Positions 1 to 9,686 of a DNA stretch of 64,000 bases are shown here, piece by piece. This DNA is from a bacterium. Its GTDB lineage: Bacteria; Zhuqueibacterota; Zhuqueibacteria; Residuimicrobiales; Residuimicrobiaceae. The notes below the pieces were generated by a model, which saw nothing but the letters and a program-made list of their open reading frames with translations, ran no database searches and was not told where the DNA came from. A program made the translations under genes and the position numbers. The stretch is taken from positions 34,404 to 98,403 of the forward strand of contig JAKQNR010000010.1 in the NCBI GenBank assembly GCA_029565685.1, in the 5' to 3' direction. Numbering within the stretch: the first letter of the stretch is position 1; each line of letters opens with the position of its first letter.

Positions 1-1
1 C

Positions 2-403
2 ATGATCGACGAGACCGGATTGTGGCCCGCCCCCATGGTTTCACCGCTGGGGTATTCGCTCAACGTCAACACCACGGGGGCCGAGCGCGATATGGCATTG
101 CAGCTTCTGCATCATCTGACCAGCACCGCGGTGCAGTTGAAATTCACCAGGCTATCGGTATCCCTCCCGTCGCGCAGGGACGGATTCGCTTCACCCGAAG
201 TCGCGGACAACCCGTTGGTCAGTGCCTCGATGGCGCAGATGCGCGTCGGCCGCCTGATGTCGCCGATCACCGAAATGCGCTGGATCTGGGATGCCATGCG
301 TCCCAGCTATCAAGCCATCTTCACCGGTCGAACCAAACCACAAGCTGCGGCTCGCGATATGCAGACTCTCGCGGAAAAACTAATTCGAGAAAACAGGGAG
401 TGA
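2..403 (+). CDS. ABC-type sugar (maltodextrin-like) extracellular solute-binding protein, C-terminal fragment; 5' end outside window
   Basis: ORF open to the window edge. Its tail resembles family-1 sugar-binding proteins. TGA at 401-403 is followed 7 nt later by the first permease gene (AGGGAG at 395-400), giving malE-malF-malG-like order. Confidence 0.7.
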   Translation: MIDETGLWPAPMVSPLGYSLNVNTTGAERDMALQLLHHLTSTAVQLKFTRLSVSLPSRRDGFASPEVADNPLVSASMAQMRVGRLMSPITEMRWIWDAMRPSYQAIFTGRTKPQAAARDMQTLAEKLIRENRE

Positions 404-410
404 TGCGGCG

Positions 411-1298
411 ATGAGCGGCCCAGAACAACAAAAGAGTCGATTGGCCTATCTATTCACCATGCCCGCATTTTTCCTCATGGGCCTGATGATCGTCTATCCC
501 TTTGTCTATAACGTTGTGATTTCTTTTTCCAACATGAACTTGAGTCATTTTCGTGATTGGCATTTGGTCGGCGGGCGCAATTATCTGCAGGTGTTCACCG
601 ATGCCTACTTTTGGTACTATTTGCGTAAAACCATCCTTTGGACCGCCATCAATGTTTTCTTTCATGTGAGCATCGGCGTTTCTCTGGCACTGATACTGAA
701 CAAAGACATCAAGGGTAAAACCATTTTTCGCACGCTGTTGATTCTCCCATGGGCGGTACCGCAATATATTACCGCGCTCACCTGGCGCGGTATGTTCAAC
801 GCCGAATACGGCTCGGTGAATCTGCTGTTGGGAAAGCTGTTTGGCGTCAGCGTACCCTGGTTGACGTCGGAATGGGGCGCGTTCACCGCCTGCCTGATCA
901 CCAACATCTGGCTGGGTTTTCCGTTTATGATGATCATCGCCCTTGGCGGGCTGCAAAGCATCCCCGCGGAATTGTATGAGGCGGCGGAAATCGACGGCTC
1001 CAGCTGGTACCACAAGCTGCGCCACATCACCCTGCCTCTGCTCAAACCGGTCATGGTGCCGGCCATCACGCTGGGGGTTATCTGGACTTTTAACAATTTT
1101 AATGTGGTCTGGCTGGTCAGCAACGGCGGCGAGCCTTCGGATCGCACCCATATCCTGGTGTCATGGATTTACAAGAGCGCGTTCACCTATTTTCGCATCG
1201 GCCATGCCGCCGCTTTTTCCATGATCATTTTCGCGCTCCTGCTGCTGTTCAGCTGGAATTTTATCCGCCGCACCAAAGCGTCGGAGACGGTTTATTGA
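411..1298 (+). CDS. ABC sugar transporter permease (MalF/BPD_transp_1 type)
   Basis: Multi-TM protein with the EAA-loop motif ELYEAAEIDGSSWYHKLRHITLPLL; RBS AGGGAG upstream. Confidence 0.9.
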   Translation: MSGPEQQKSRLAYLFTMPAFFLMGLMIVYPFVYNVVISFSNMNLSHFRDWHLVGGRNYLQVFTDAYFWYYLRKTILWTAINVFFHVSIGVSLALILNKDIKGKTIFRTLLILPWAVPQYITALTWRGMFNAEYGSVNLLLGKLFGVSVPWLTSEWGAFTACLITNIWLGFPFMMIIALGGLQSIPAELYEAAEIDGSSWYHKLRHITLPLLKPVMVPAITLGVIWTFNNFNVVWLVSNGGEPSDRTHILVSWIYKSAFTYFRIGHAAAFSMIIFALLLLFSWNFIRRTKASETVY

Positions 1299-1410
1299 AA
1301 AAAGCAGGCAATAGCTCAGGCATCGAGCGCCCTTGACCAAAAGGCCTGTCAGAGGGTTGCCGACACGCCGCACTGTGTGATGTCGCTAGAGCCTTGAGAA
1401 AGAGCCAATC

Positions 1411-1422
1411 GAACGATCGTTC
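1411..1422. repeat. Perfect 12-bp palindrome GAACGATCGTTC in the 132-nt gap between the two permease genes
   Basis: Read directly from the sequence; preceded by AGCCAATC, an 8-mer also present in the repeated motif at 16034. Confidence 0.5.
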
Positions 1423-1430
1423 ACGCCGGG

Positions 1431-2282
1431 ATGTTGAATATGCGCAAGCCTCGTGATTTATCTGTAACAGGAAAATTCGGCGCCTATGCCGTGCTGGCCG
1501 TCTTTACCCTGTTCGCGATTTACCCGATTTTACAGGTGATCTCCATCTCGTTGCGCCCCGGCGACCGACTGCTTAGCAAATCCCTGGCCATCATTCCGCC
1601 GGATGCGACGCTTTCCACCTATGTACGCCTCTTCACCCAGGAGCCGTTTCTGCGCTGGCTGGCCAACAGCATGGTGGTGTCCCTGACTGTGACCGTCATC
1701 GGCACCGGATTGGCGGCCATGGCCGGGTATGCGTTTTCGCGTTATAAATTCCGCGGGCGCGACGCCGCCATGATCGGCCTCATCACGACGCAGATGTTTC
1801 CCGTGACCATGCTGCTCTTGCCGTTGTTCATTCTGATCATCAAGATCAAGGCCTATGACAACTATCTCGGGTTGATCATCGCCTATTCCGCCACCGCCCT
1901 GCCGTTCACCATCTGGCAAATGAAGGGATTCTACGACACCATACCCTACAGCCTGGAAGAAGCCGCGAGCATCGACGGCTGCTCGCCGCAGGTCACTTTC
2001 TGGCGTATCGTTCTGCCGCTGGCAGCGCCGGCCCTGGTAATCACCGCTCTGTTTTCCTTCATGACCGCCTGGAGCGAATATCTGGTCGCTGCCGTGCTCA
2101 TTCAGGACAAGACCATGTTCACGCTGCCGCTTGGGCTCAAAATGTTCCAGTCGAATATGGAAGTGGCGTGGGGTTTGTACTCGGCCGGCGCCGTGCTTGT
2201 AAGCCTTCCGGTCGTACTGCTGTTTTTGTTTCTCAGTCGCTGGCTTGTTTCGGGTCTTACGCTGGGAAGCGTCAAAGGGTGA
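1431..2282 (+). CDS. ABC sugar transporter permease (MalG type)
   Basis: Multi-TM protein with the EAA-loop motif SLEEAASIDGCSPQVTFWRIVLPLA. Alternative ATG at 1440. Confidence 0.9.
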   Translation: MLNMRKPRDLSVTGKFGAYAVLAVFTLFAIYPILQVISISLRPGDRLLSKSLAIIPPDATLSTYVRLFTQEPFLRWLANSMVVSLTVTVIGTGLAAMAGYAFSRYKFRGRDAAMIGLITTQMFPVTMLLLPLFILIIKIKAYDNYLGLIIAYSATALPFTIWQMKGFYDTIPYSLEEAASIDGCSPQVTFWRIVLPLAAPALVITALFSFMTAWSEYLVAAVLIQDKTMFTLPLGLKMFQSNMEVAWGLYSAGAVLVSLPVVLLFLFLSRWLVSGLTLGSVKG

Positions 2283-2902
2283 TGCCGCCTCGCCGGATTC
2301 AGCCCCGGCTACATGCATAATGAGGCCATCCCCTGCTCTCAGCTAATTTCTGCTTGTTTTTCGCACCCTATTTAGCTAATATGAAGGTGTCAAGTTGTGC
2401 AAAGAGGGCGTCAAGCATGGACCCGCTGCTGATCGGGGATATGCACGGGTGGATCTCGCCTTCATGATCCCTAAAAACAAGGATGAAATACTCCTTTTCT
2501 CGACATTGGGATTTATCACACTTCCCATCCCTTCCCGCTTGTGCGAGATTCGAAGGATGTCAAAGCCATGCAAAAGCCTCATTGCAAAATGTCCATCACA
2601 ATTTAGTATTTGATGACGGACCATGGTTTGGGTTTGCTCAATGGAGTGGACTGGCTTCAGGGCGGCATACAAAATACACCGCTCCGGCAAAGGCTGTTTG
2701 CAGCATCTTTTGTTTCTTTCTCTACGAAAATCCTCAAGACCATTCGGGCGGCCATGGAGTGCAGACTAAGAACGCCTGACGTGGACGCCGTTACCTGTCG
2801 GGAGGGCGTCAATGATGAATACATGCGCGTGTCAGTATTCTCTGCCTGAGCCCGGGCATAGCCCTCGATGTTTGCATCGTTTCTAAATTGCGGAGACTCT
2901 CT

Positions 2903-5900
2903 ATGAGACGCTTGCTGAACCGGATCCCTCTGATGTTCTTCCTTTGCGCCCTGCACCCTCTCGCCCTGCCGGCCGGAACCACCGGCAAGATCGCCGGCCA
3001 AGTGGTGGATGCCGCCAGCAAGGAGGCTTTGCCGGGCGCGAACATTGTCATCGAGGGAACCATGATGGGCGCGGTCACAGATATCGACGGCCATTACGTG
3101 ATTCTCAATCTTCCCCCCGGCGCCTATGTCGTGACAGCCAAGATGATCGGATACACCGCCATGCGCATGGAGAACGTCAATGTCTCTATCGATCTGACAA
3201 CGACTCTGGACTTTAAGCTCTCCAGCACGGTGCTGAATCTCGGCGAATCGATCACGGTGCTGGCCGAGCGGCCGATGGTGGTCAAAGACCAGACCGCGAC
3301 CACCGCGGTGATGGGCGCTGAAAATATTCAAGCCCTGCCGGTCACCGAGGTCGCCGAAGCCATCGAACTGCAGGCCGGGCTTATCAGAGACGCAGGCGGC
3401 GGCCTGCACGTGCGTGGCGGTCGAAGCGGTGAGATGAGCTATTGGATCGACGGCATCCCGGTCACCGACGTCTATGACGGCTCCAGCGTGGTGGATGTCA
3501 ACAAAAACATGGTGCAGGAGCTGCAGGTCGTTTCCGGCGCCTTTAACGCGGAATACGGTCAGGCCATGTCCGGCATCGTCAATATCGCCACCAAGGAGGG
3601 CAGCAACAAATGGGGCGGCAGCCTCAGCGCTTATTTTGGCGATTTCCTCAGCCAACATGACAATATCTTTATGAACATCAAAGATATCAATCCAGCCGCA
3701 ATCCGCAATATCGACGCGAGCGTCCAGGGCCCGCTCCTAAAGGACAAGCTGTTCGTCTATGTGAACGGCCGTGCCATCCATTTCGACGGCTATCAATACG
3801 GACAACGCCGCTACACGCCAAGCGCGGTGACTGTGGCTGCGGAGGGCATCCCCGGCGCCTACCTGCGTCAATATATGCCGGAGTATCTGCCGCTGGCGAG
3901 AGAAGGTCGCAATGATACTTACGGCATCCCCTACGTGTTGGGCTCCAATGTGCACGCGGATTCGCAAGTGGTCGCGCAAAATTTTCCACAAAATTTTATC
4001 GGCAATGAGGATTCATTGTTTGCGGTGCTGTACAATCAATATCGTCAGGCTCATCAGGGCGGACGCGGCGATGATGCCTATGTCGCCATGAACTGGAACC
4101 GCAAGTATTACGCGCAGGGCAAAGTGATTTATAAATTGACGCCGAATGTCAAGATCGCCTATAACTTGATCTACGACGATGTTCACTATCAAGACTACAA
4201 TCGCGACTACAAGTATAATCCCGATGGGCAGGCGCAGCAATACCGCATCGGCCAGACGCATATCGCGCAGGTGACTCACACGCTGTCGCAGCGCACTTTC
4301 TATACCATGGGGATCTCTTATTTCGGCAAAGAATACCGCCGGCATGTCTACGAAGATGCCCATGACGCGCGTTATGTGCATCCGGATTTGAGCATTCAGA
4401 ATCCGTTCAGCTTTAAAAGCGGCGGCACTGATAACAGCCGTTTCCAGCGCAACACGACGACCGGCCTCTTCAAGTTCGATATCACCAGTCAGGTGACCAA
4501 CACCCACCAGTTCAAGGCAGGGTTGGAATTCCGCCAGCACAAGCTTTATCAGCGCGATATCACGCTGCGACCCATAGAAACGCAGACGCAGATGGATTTT
4601 ATCTTCAACAGCCCGTTTATCCAGACGCGCATCCTGCCCGACAGCACCATCTACGCCAGTGAATACACCCACAAGCCGACGGAATTTTCCGCCTATCTTC
4701 AGGACAAGATGGAATTTAAAAATTTCATCGTCAACCTCGGCGTACGCTTGGATTATTTCAAGCCGCAGGGGCGCATTCTCGCGGATGAGAGCGATCCCAG
4801 CATCTACAATCCCATCAAGCCGGAAAATCGATTCAAGGATTATGGCAGCGATGGCGTGGACAATACGTTTGATTCGAACGGCACAGAAGGCAACGGCATC
4901 TGGGATGTAGGCGAAGCAGCCGTCAGTCTGGCTGAACGGGAATCGTACTGGTACAAAGAAACCAGCACCAAGCTTAACATCAGTCCGCGCCTGGGCGTCT
5001 CCTTTCCCATCACCGATCGGGGTGTAATCCACTTTTCTTACGGTCATTTCTTTCAGGTGCCGCGTTTTGAATTGCTCTATCAGAATCCGGATTTCGAACT
5101 GGGCACAGGCACAGGCAACATCGGCGTCATCGGCAATGCCGACCTGGAGCCGGAACAGACCATCAGCGGCGAAATCGGCTTGCAGCAGCAGCTTTCAGAT
5201 GATATCGCCATGGGCTTAACCGGCTATTTTCGCGATATTCGCAATCTGGCCGGCACCCGCGCCGATGAAATCGTGTTGTTCGGCGGTTCAGCCCGGTACA
5301 ATAAGCTGGTCAACAGTGATTTCGGCTTTGTCAAAGGAGTCGTGTTTTCCCTCAGCAAGCGCTTTTCCGGCGGCCTGTCCGCCTCTATGGACTATACGTT
5401 GCAGCAGGCCAAAGGCAGCAATTCCGATCCGGAACAGGCGCGCAACGCGCTGGCGGGCGGGTCTCTGCCGGAGGTGCAATTGACGCCGTTGGATTGGGAT
5501 CAGCATCACACCGTCAATGCCTCGGTCTCCTATGCCGGTCGTTCCTGGGGGGGCAGTCTGATCGGCCAGTGGGGCAGCGGCCTGCCGTTCACGCCGCGCA
5601 GCTCCGAAGATATCACCTCGTTGTTGACCAACAGCCAACGCAAAATCGCCAGTCTCAACATCGACGCGCGCGCTTATAAGGATTTCCGCTTCGGTCCCGG
5701 CATGCTGAGCTTTTTCGTACGCATCCAGAACCTGCTGGATGCCCTCAATGAGATCAATGTCTACAACGATACCGGCCGGGCGGGCTATACCACGGATCTA
5801 CAAACGGCGCAGAAATCCAATCCTCCGGAAATATACAACAGCCTGGTAGAATGGTACACCAATGCGACGCATTACTCCGAACCGAGAAGAATCGAGGTGG

Positions 5901-5920
5901 GGGTGAATTATGTATTTTAA
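2903..5920 (+). CDS. TonB-dependent receptor-like outer-membrane barrel with carboxypeptidase-regulatory-like N-domain (SusC-like architecture)
   Basis: GGAG at 2892-2895 then ATG 2903 (the ORF-track start 2888 is TTG). Signal peptide, then N-domain GKIAGQVVDA..GANIVIEG..DGHYVILNLPPGAYVV. Plug-like NIQALPVTEVAEAIELQAGL..LHVRGGRSGEMSYWIDGIPV. Long barrel ending VGVNYVF. Confidence 0.85.
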   Translation: MRRLLNRIPLMFFLCALHPLALPAGTTGKIAGQVVDAASKEALPGANIVIEGTMMGAVTDIDGHYVILNLPPGAYVVTAKMIGYTAMRMENVNVSIDLTTTLDFKLSSTVLNLGESITVLAERPMVVKDQTATTAVMGAENIQALPVTEVAEAIELQAGLIRDAGGGLHVRGGRSGEMSYWIDGIPVTDVYDGSSVVDVNKNMVQELQVVSGAFNAEYGQAMSGIVNIATKEGSNKWGGSLSAYFGDFLSQHDNIFMNIKDINPAAIRNIDASVQGPLLKDKLFVYVNGRAIHFDGYQYGQRRYTPSAVTVAAEGIPGAYLRQYMPEYLPLAREGRNDTYGIPYVLGSNVHADSQVVAQNFPQNFIGNEDSLFAVLYNQYRQAHQGGRGDDAYVAMNWNRKYYAQGKVIYKLTPNVKIAYNLIYDDVHYQDYNRDYKYNPDGQAQQYRIGQTHIAQVTHTLSQRTFYTMGISYFGKEYRRHVYEDAHDARYVHPDLSIQNPFSFKSGGTDNSRFQRNTTTGLFKFDITSQVTNTHQFKAGLEFRQHKLYQRDITLRPIETQTQMDFIFNSPFIQTRILPDSTIYASEYTHKPTEFSAYLQDKMEFKNFIVNLGVRLDYFKPQGRILADESDPSIYNPIKPENRFKDYGSDGVDNTFDSNGTEGNGIWDVGEAAVSLAERESYWYKETSTKLNISPRLGVSFPITDRGVIHFSYGHFFQVPRFELLYQNPDFELGTGTGNIGVIGNADLEPEQTISGEIGLQQQLSDDIAMGLTGYFRDIRNLAGTRADEIVLFGGSARYNKLVNSDFGFVKGVVFSLSKRFSGGLSASMDYTLQQAKGSNSDPEQARNALAGGSLPEVQLTPLDWDQHHTVNASVSYAGRSWGGSLIGQWGSGLPFTPRSSEDITSLLTNSQRKIASLNIDARAYKDFRFGPGMLSFFVRIQNLLDALNEINVYNDTGRAGYTTDLQTAQKSNPPEIYNSLVEWYTNATHYSEPRRIEVGVNYVF

Positions 5921-5936
5921 CTTGGAGCCTTCGATC

Positions 5937-8900
5937 ATGCGCATCAAGAGGCGAACAGTAGTAACGACTTGCTTGCTTTTCATGCTGGCCGGCTCGCTGA
6001 GCGCGCAAAGCGGCCGCGAAAATCGCCGTGCTTCGATCATGCGGGGCAATCTGGTCAAAACGGTGTTTGGCAACTGGGGCGTCATCGGTCAGCCGGCCAA
6101 CAAAGGGGCGCGCGGCGCCTGGATCTATGAAAATAACGGCTATATCGGCGATGTCAGTCTGCTCGTGGGCGCGGAGGTGGAAAGCGGCGGCAAGACGTTT
6201 CATTCGGTCGTGGTCTGCCCGGTGGATCGCCCTACCCGCCAGCATGAGACTTCGCCTTCCGGCAAGTACTGGAGCTTTGAACCGATGACCGGCTATTTCA
6301 ATCCCAACCAGGAAGGGATCGCGCTCTACAGCGATCCGAATTCCTGGCCATCCCAGTGGCCGGACAAACTCCAGGATCCGGATGATCCGGGCTGGGGCGG
6401 TTCCTGGAACGGCTTTTTCGGCAAAACCACCACGGCGAGCGAGGAATGCTTTTTTATTATGGACGACAATAATGATGAAGAATTCAATGTTGCCACCAAT
6501 AACAAGTGGGGCGTAGCGTTCAAACCGGATGCCGCCAATCCACTGCGCAACGGCCTGGGATTGCAGGTGAAGGTGCGCGGCATGCAGTGGTCCGATTTTC
6601 TCGCCCAGGATTGCATCTTCTGGCTGTACGAAATCACCAACACCAGTACGACGGACTATTCCAAAGTGGCTTTCGGCATGTTGGTGGGAACCTATGTCGG
6701 CGTCACCGGCAGCGAAGGCACCCATCACGAGTATGACGACGACTATTCGTTTTTTGATGTTGAAAAGGATCTCACTTATACGGGCGATTTCGACGACAAT
6801 GCCACCAGCAACCCCCGCTGGACGGGGGATGTCGGCATCGTCGGTTATGCTTTCTTGGAAAGCCCGGGGAATTTGGTGGACGGCATCGACAACGACGGTG
6901 ATTCGCGGGAAACCTTTGGCGTCGTCAGCACCGCGCCCCTCTTTGTCGCTGAGGATTTTAATCCGCGCATCATCGCCGCGGGCAGTTCCATCGTGCTCAT
7001 CGATGAAAAATACAACCGCAGCGTTATGACGGCGCCGGCCAATGATTTTACCGTCACCACGCGCGGGGCCACCCTCACCATCAAACCGGGCGTCACCGAA
7101 CTGGCGGAGGGCAACGTCATTCTCCGCGACGGCCGGGAAACGGTCAATCCCAACGCTTATGACGGCATCGATAACGATCTAGATGGATTGATCGATGAAA
7201 ATTTCTATTTGCATTATCGCCAGCTGCGCCGCGATCAAACCGGCAAGGTCTTGATCGACAAGCTGGCGCCGGTGGCTTATAAGGACTATGTGCGCGGCAT
7301 CGGTTTAAACGATCCGATGATCGATGAAGGCCGCAGCGACGGCATCGATAACGACCATGACTGGAATGCGGAATTCGATGATGTCGGCGCCGATGGCGTC
7401 GAAGGCACCAACGATCGCGGCGAGAGCGATGGCATGCCCACGGCGGGCGAACCCAACTTTGACCAGACCGACGTGGACGAATCGGATCAGATCGGCTTGA
7501 CCAGCTTTGAATATTTCACCCCGGCCAACGAGTTTTCCATGGCCGATGACGAGGAGCTGTGGCAAAGGATGGCGCCCGGCTTTTTCAAGGTCCCGGCCTC
7601 CATCGTCAACAACAAACCGGAGCGCGGCGAAGACGGCGATTTCATCTACGGCTCCGGCTATTTCCCCCTGCGCGCCGGCGAAACTCAACGCTTCTCCTTG
7701 GCCTTGGTCTACGGCGAAGGCGGCGGCCCCCAGGTCGACACCGTCGACCTGTTGCGCAATCGCGAAACCGTGCAAAAAATCTACGACAGCGATTATCGCT
7801 TCCCGCCGGCGCCGCTCAAGCCGACTCTCAAGGCGGTGGCAGGAGACCGTCAGGTCACGCTGTACTGGGACCGTCGTGCCGAATCCTCCTTTGATCCCGT
7901 GCTGAAGGAATACGATTTCGAAGGCTATAAAATTTATAAAGCCACCGATCAAAACTTTAATGATGTCTTCAGCATCACCGATGCCAGCGGGAACCCCATC
8001 TATTACAAACCCTTGGCCCAATTTGACCTTAAAAACGACCGCAAGGGTTATTTCCGCGCTCAGCAGGATCTCTATCAACAAAGCCGAGGCGCCTCCTTCT
8101 ATCTGGGCGATGACACCGGTCTGCAGCACAGCTTTGTCGATCGGGATGTGGAAAACGGCAAAAGGTACTTTTATGCGGTGGTGGCCTATGATCGGGGCAA
8201 CGAAGGCAGCGATATTTTCCCCAAAGAGAACGATAAGCGCATCGATCTTTTGCCCAGCGGCGAAGTCAATGTCTTTCAAAATACGGTCGTCGTCATTCCC
8301 AATGCGGAAGTGGCCGGCTTTGTGCCGCCGCCGAACAGCGTCAAGCTGGAAGGTCCGCCTACTATCGGCACCGGCGACGTTTATTACACAGTGGTGGACC
8401 ACAGCGCTGTCAAAGGCCATACCTACGAGGTAGAGTTCTGGGACACTTCCAACGACGGCATCGACAACGATGACAGCAAAAAAGCGGATGCCGAGGACAT
8501 CAACGAGTGGTTGGCGCCGGTAACCACCTCCTATTCCGTTCTCGATGTCACAGGCGTAACCGAATCTTTTATCGCCCATGACACGGTCTTTGTCCGGCTG
8601 CCGCATCAGCATGTGGCAGCCGCTACGGTCGTGGTCAGCGATCAGAGCGGCCAGACCATCCCGGCCGGCAAATATGTCGTGGAAGCCTTTGCGGGCAAGA
8701 TACGCGGCGCCGCGCCCGGCGATCTGCGCTACGGGGAACGCTACACAATCCGATACCAATACTATCCCGTTTATAAAAGCACACATATTCTCGGCAGTCC
8801 CTTTGCCGCGGAAACCAAGGACAGCGATATTTTCGATGGAGTGCAATTATCCTTCAACAACCAATGGGCGGTTAAGCTCGATAATCAGAAAAGCCGCTGG

Positions 8901-9677
8901 TCCAATGCGGATAAAGCGCTGGCCCTCAATCTGTATCTGTATGAAGGCGTCATCGGCTCGGACAAACTCAAAGGCCTGGCTAAGCCGAGCGATTACCGGG
9001 TAGAGTTCGCCGACATGGTGGTGGACACCACCTTGCAGGTCCCACGCTGGGGTCTGGTCGGCGTGCCGGTGAAATTCAGAGTCTGGAACAGCACGGACCG
9101 CCGCTATATTGATTTTGTTTTTCTCGATCTCAACGCCGACGATCAGCTGAGCCCAGCCGATGAAATATACTTTTTCGAGCCCGATGCCCACGGCGCGGTA
9201 ACGCTGACCTGGTCGCTGAATGTCATCGGCGAACAATCTTATACCTATGGCAAAGGGGACACCCTTTTTCTCTACACCTCCAAGCCGTTCCGCCGCGGAG
9301 ATGGGTACACCTTTCAAACGCAGCTGGCTTCGGTGGATCAGGTTGTGGCGGCTACAGATCTGGACCGGGTCAAAGTCGTGCCGAATCCCTACGTCTCGGC
9401 CACAGCGCACGAATTGCCGTTGCCGCCGGCCATCACCAGCGGCCGAGGCGAGCGTAAAATCGATTTTATTCACCTGCCGACCAATGCGCAAATCCATATC
9501 TTCACCACCCGCGGAGAACACGTGGTGACGTTGCAGCATGATGATAATCCTTTTGACGGCTCGGTATCCTGGAACCTGAAGACCAAGGAAAATCTGGATG
9601 TGGCCGCCGGCGTCTACTTTTATGTTATTGACTCCAGCGTTGGACAGAAAAAGGGCAAAATTGCCATTATCAAATAA
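5937..9677 (+). CDS. Very large secreted protein with acidic DGIDND Ca-binding-type motifs, an FN3-like module and a T9SS-CTD-like C-terminus; function unknown
   Basis: GGAG at 5924-5927, ATG 5937, signal peptide MRIKRRTVVTTCLLFMLAGSLSAQS. Four DGIDND motifs lie between about nt 6879 and 7499 plus one further downstream. FN3-like PPAPLKPTLKAVAGDRQVTLYWD..EGYKIYKA. The tail ..IHIFTTRGEHVVTL..AAGVYFYVIDSSVGQKKGKIAIIK aligns with the two CTDs downstream. Confidence 0.85.
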   Translation: MRIKRRTVVTTCLLFMLAGSLSAQSGRENRRASIMRGNLVKTVFGNWGVIGQPANKGARGAWIYENNGYIGDVSLLVGAEVESGGKTFHSVVVCPVDRPTRQHETSPSGKYWSFEPMTGYFNPNQEGIALYSDPNSWPSQWPDKLQDPDDPGWGGSWNGFFGKTTTASEECFFIMDDNNDEEFNVATNNKWGVAFKPDAANPLRNGLGLQVKVRGMQWSDFLAQDCIFWLYEITNTSTTDYSKVAFGMLVGTYVGVTGSEGTHHEYDDDYSFFDVEKDLTYTGDFDDNATSNPRWTGDVGIVGYAFLESPGNLVDGIDNDGDSRETFGVVSTAPLFVAEDFNPRIIAAGSSIVLIDEKYNRSVMTAPANDFTVTTRGATLTIKPGVTELAEGNVILRDGRETVNPNAYDGIDNDLDGLIDENFYLHYRQLRRDQTGKVLIDKLAPVAYKDYVRGIGLNDPMIDEGRSDGIDNDHDWNAEFDDVGADGVEGTNDRGESDGMPTAGEPNFDQTDVDESDQIGLTSFEYFTPANEFSMADDEELWQRMAPGFFKVPASIVNNKPERGEDGDFIYGSGYFPLRAGETQRFSLALVYGEGGGPQVDTVDLLRNRETVQKIYDSDYRFPPAPLKPTLKAVAGDRQVTLYWDRRAESSFDPVLKEYDFEGYKIYKATDQNFNDVFSITDASGNPIYYKPLAQFDLKNDRKGYFRAQQDLYQQSRGASFYLGDDTGLQHSFVDRDVENGKRYFYAVVAYDRGNEGSDIFPKENDKRIDLLPSGEVNVFQNTVVVIPNAEVAGFVPPPNSVKLEGPPTIGTGDVYYTVVDHSAVKGHTYEVEFWDTSNDGIDNDDSKKADAEDINEWLAPVTTSYSVLDVTGVTESFIAHDTVFVRLPHQHVAAATVVVSDQSGQTIPAGKYVVEAFAGKIRGAAPGDLRYGERYTIRYQYYPVYKSTHILGSPFAAETKDSDIFDGVQLSFNNQWAVKLDNQKSRWSNADKALALNLYLYEGVIGSDKLKGLAKPSDYRVEFADMVVDTTLQVPRWGLVGVPVKFRVWNSTDRRYIDFVFLDLNADDQLSPADEIYFFEPDAHGAVTLTWSLNVIGEQSYTYGKGDTLFLYTSKPFRRGDGYTFQTQLASVDQVVAATDLDRVKVVPNPYVSATAHELPLPPAITSGRGERKIDFIHLPTNAQIHIFTTRGEHVVTLQHDDNPFDGSVSWNLKTKENLDVAAGVYFYVIDSSVGQKKGKIAIIK

Positions 9678-9686
9678 GGAAAAGTC

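Noticed and set aside
2283-2902. Possible cobalamin or TPP riboswitch in the long leader of the TonB-dependent receptor.
   Set aside because: I could not find a B12-box-like (AGYCMGG..GCC) motif or TPP (CTGAGA..ACCTGA) core motifs by eye. An Infernal scan is needed to be sure.
5910-5936. ORF-track start of the giant protein at 5910, overlapping the TBDR stop.
   Set aside because: ATG 5937 is preceded by GGAG at proper spacing and yields a standard signal peptide (MRIKRR + hydrophobic core + SAQ). The upstream extension adds non-signal residues.
7305-8846. 513-aa minus-strand ORF inside the giant-protein gene. Similar long antisense ORFs occur at 25524-27158 (544 aa), 55302-57152 (616 aa), 61274-62725 (483 aa), 45585-46484, 36747-37958, 58716-59849 and 13426-15297.
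   Set aside because: Their products are Arg/Ala/Gly/His-rich and low-complexity, with no recognisable motifs, and each exactly shadows a well-supported gene. This is typical stop-codon-poor antisense frames in GC-rich coding DNA, not overlapping genes.
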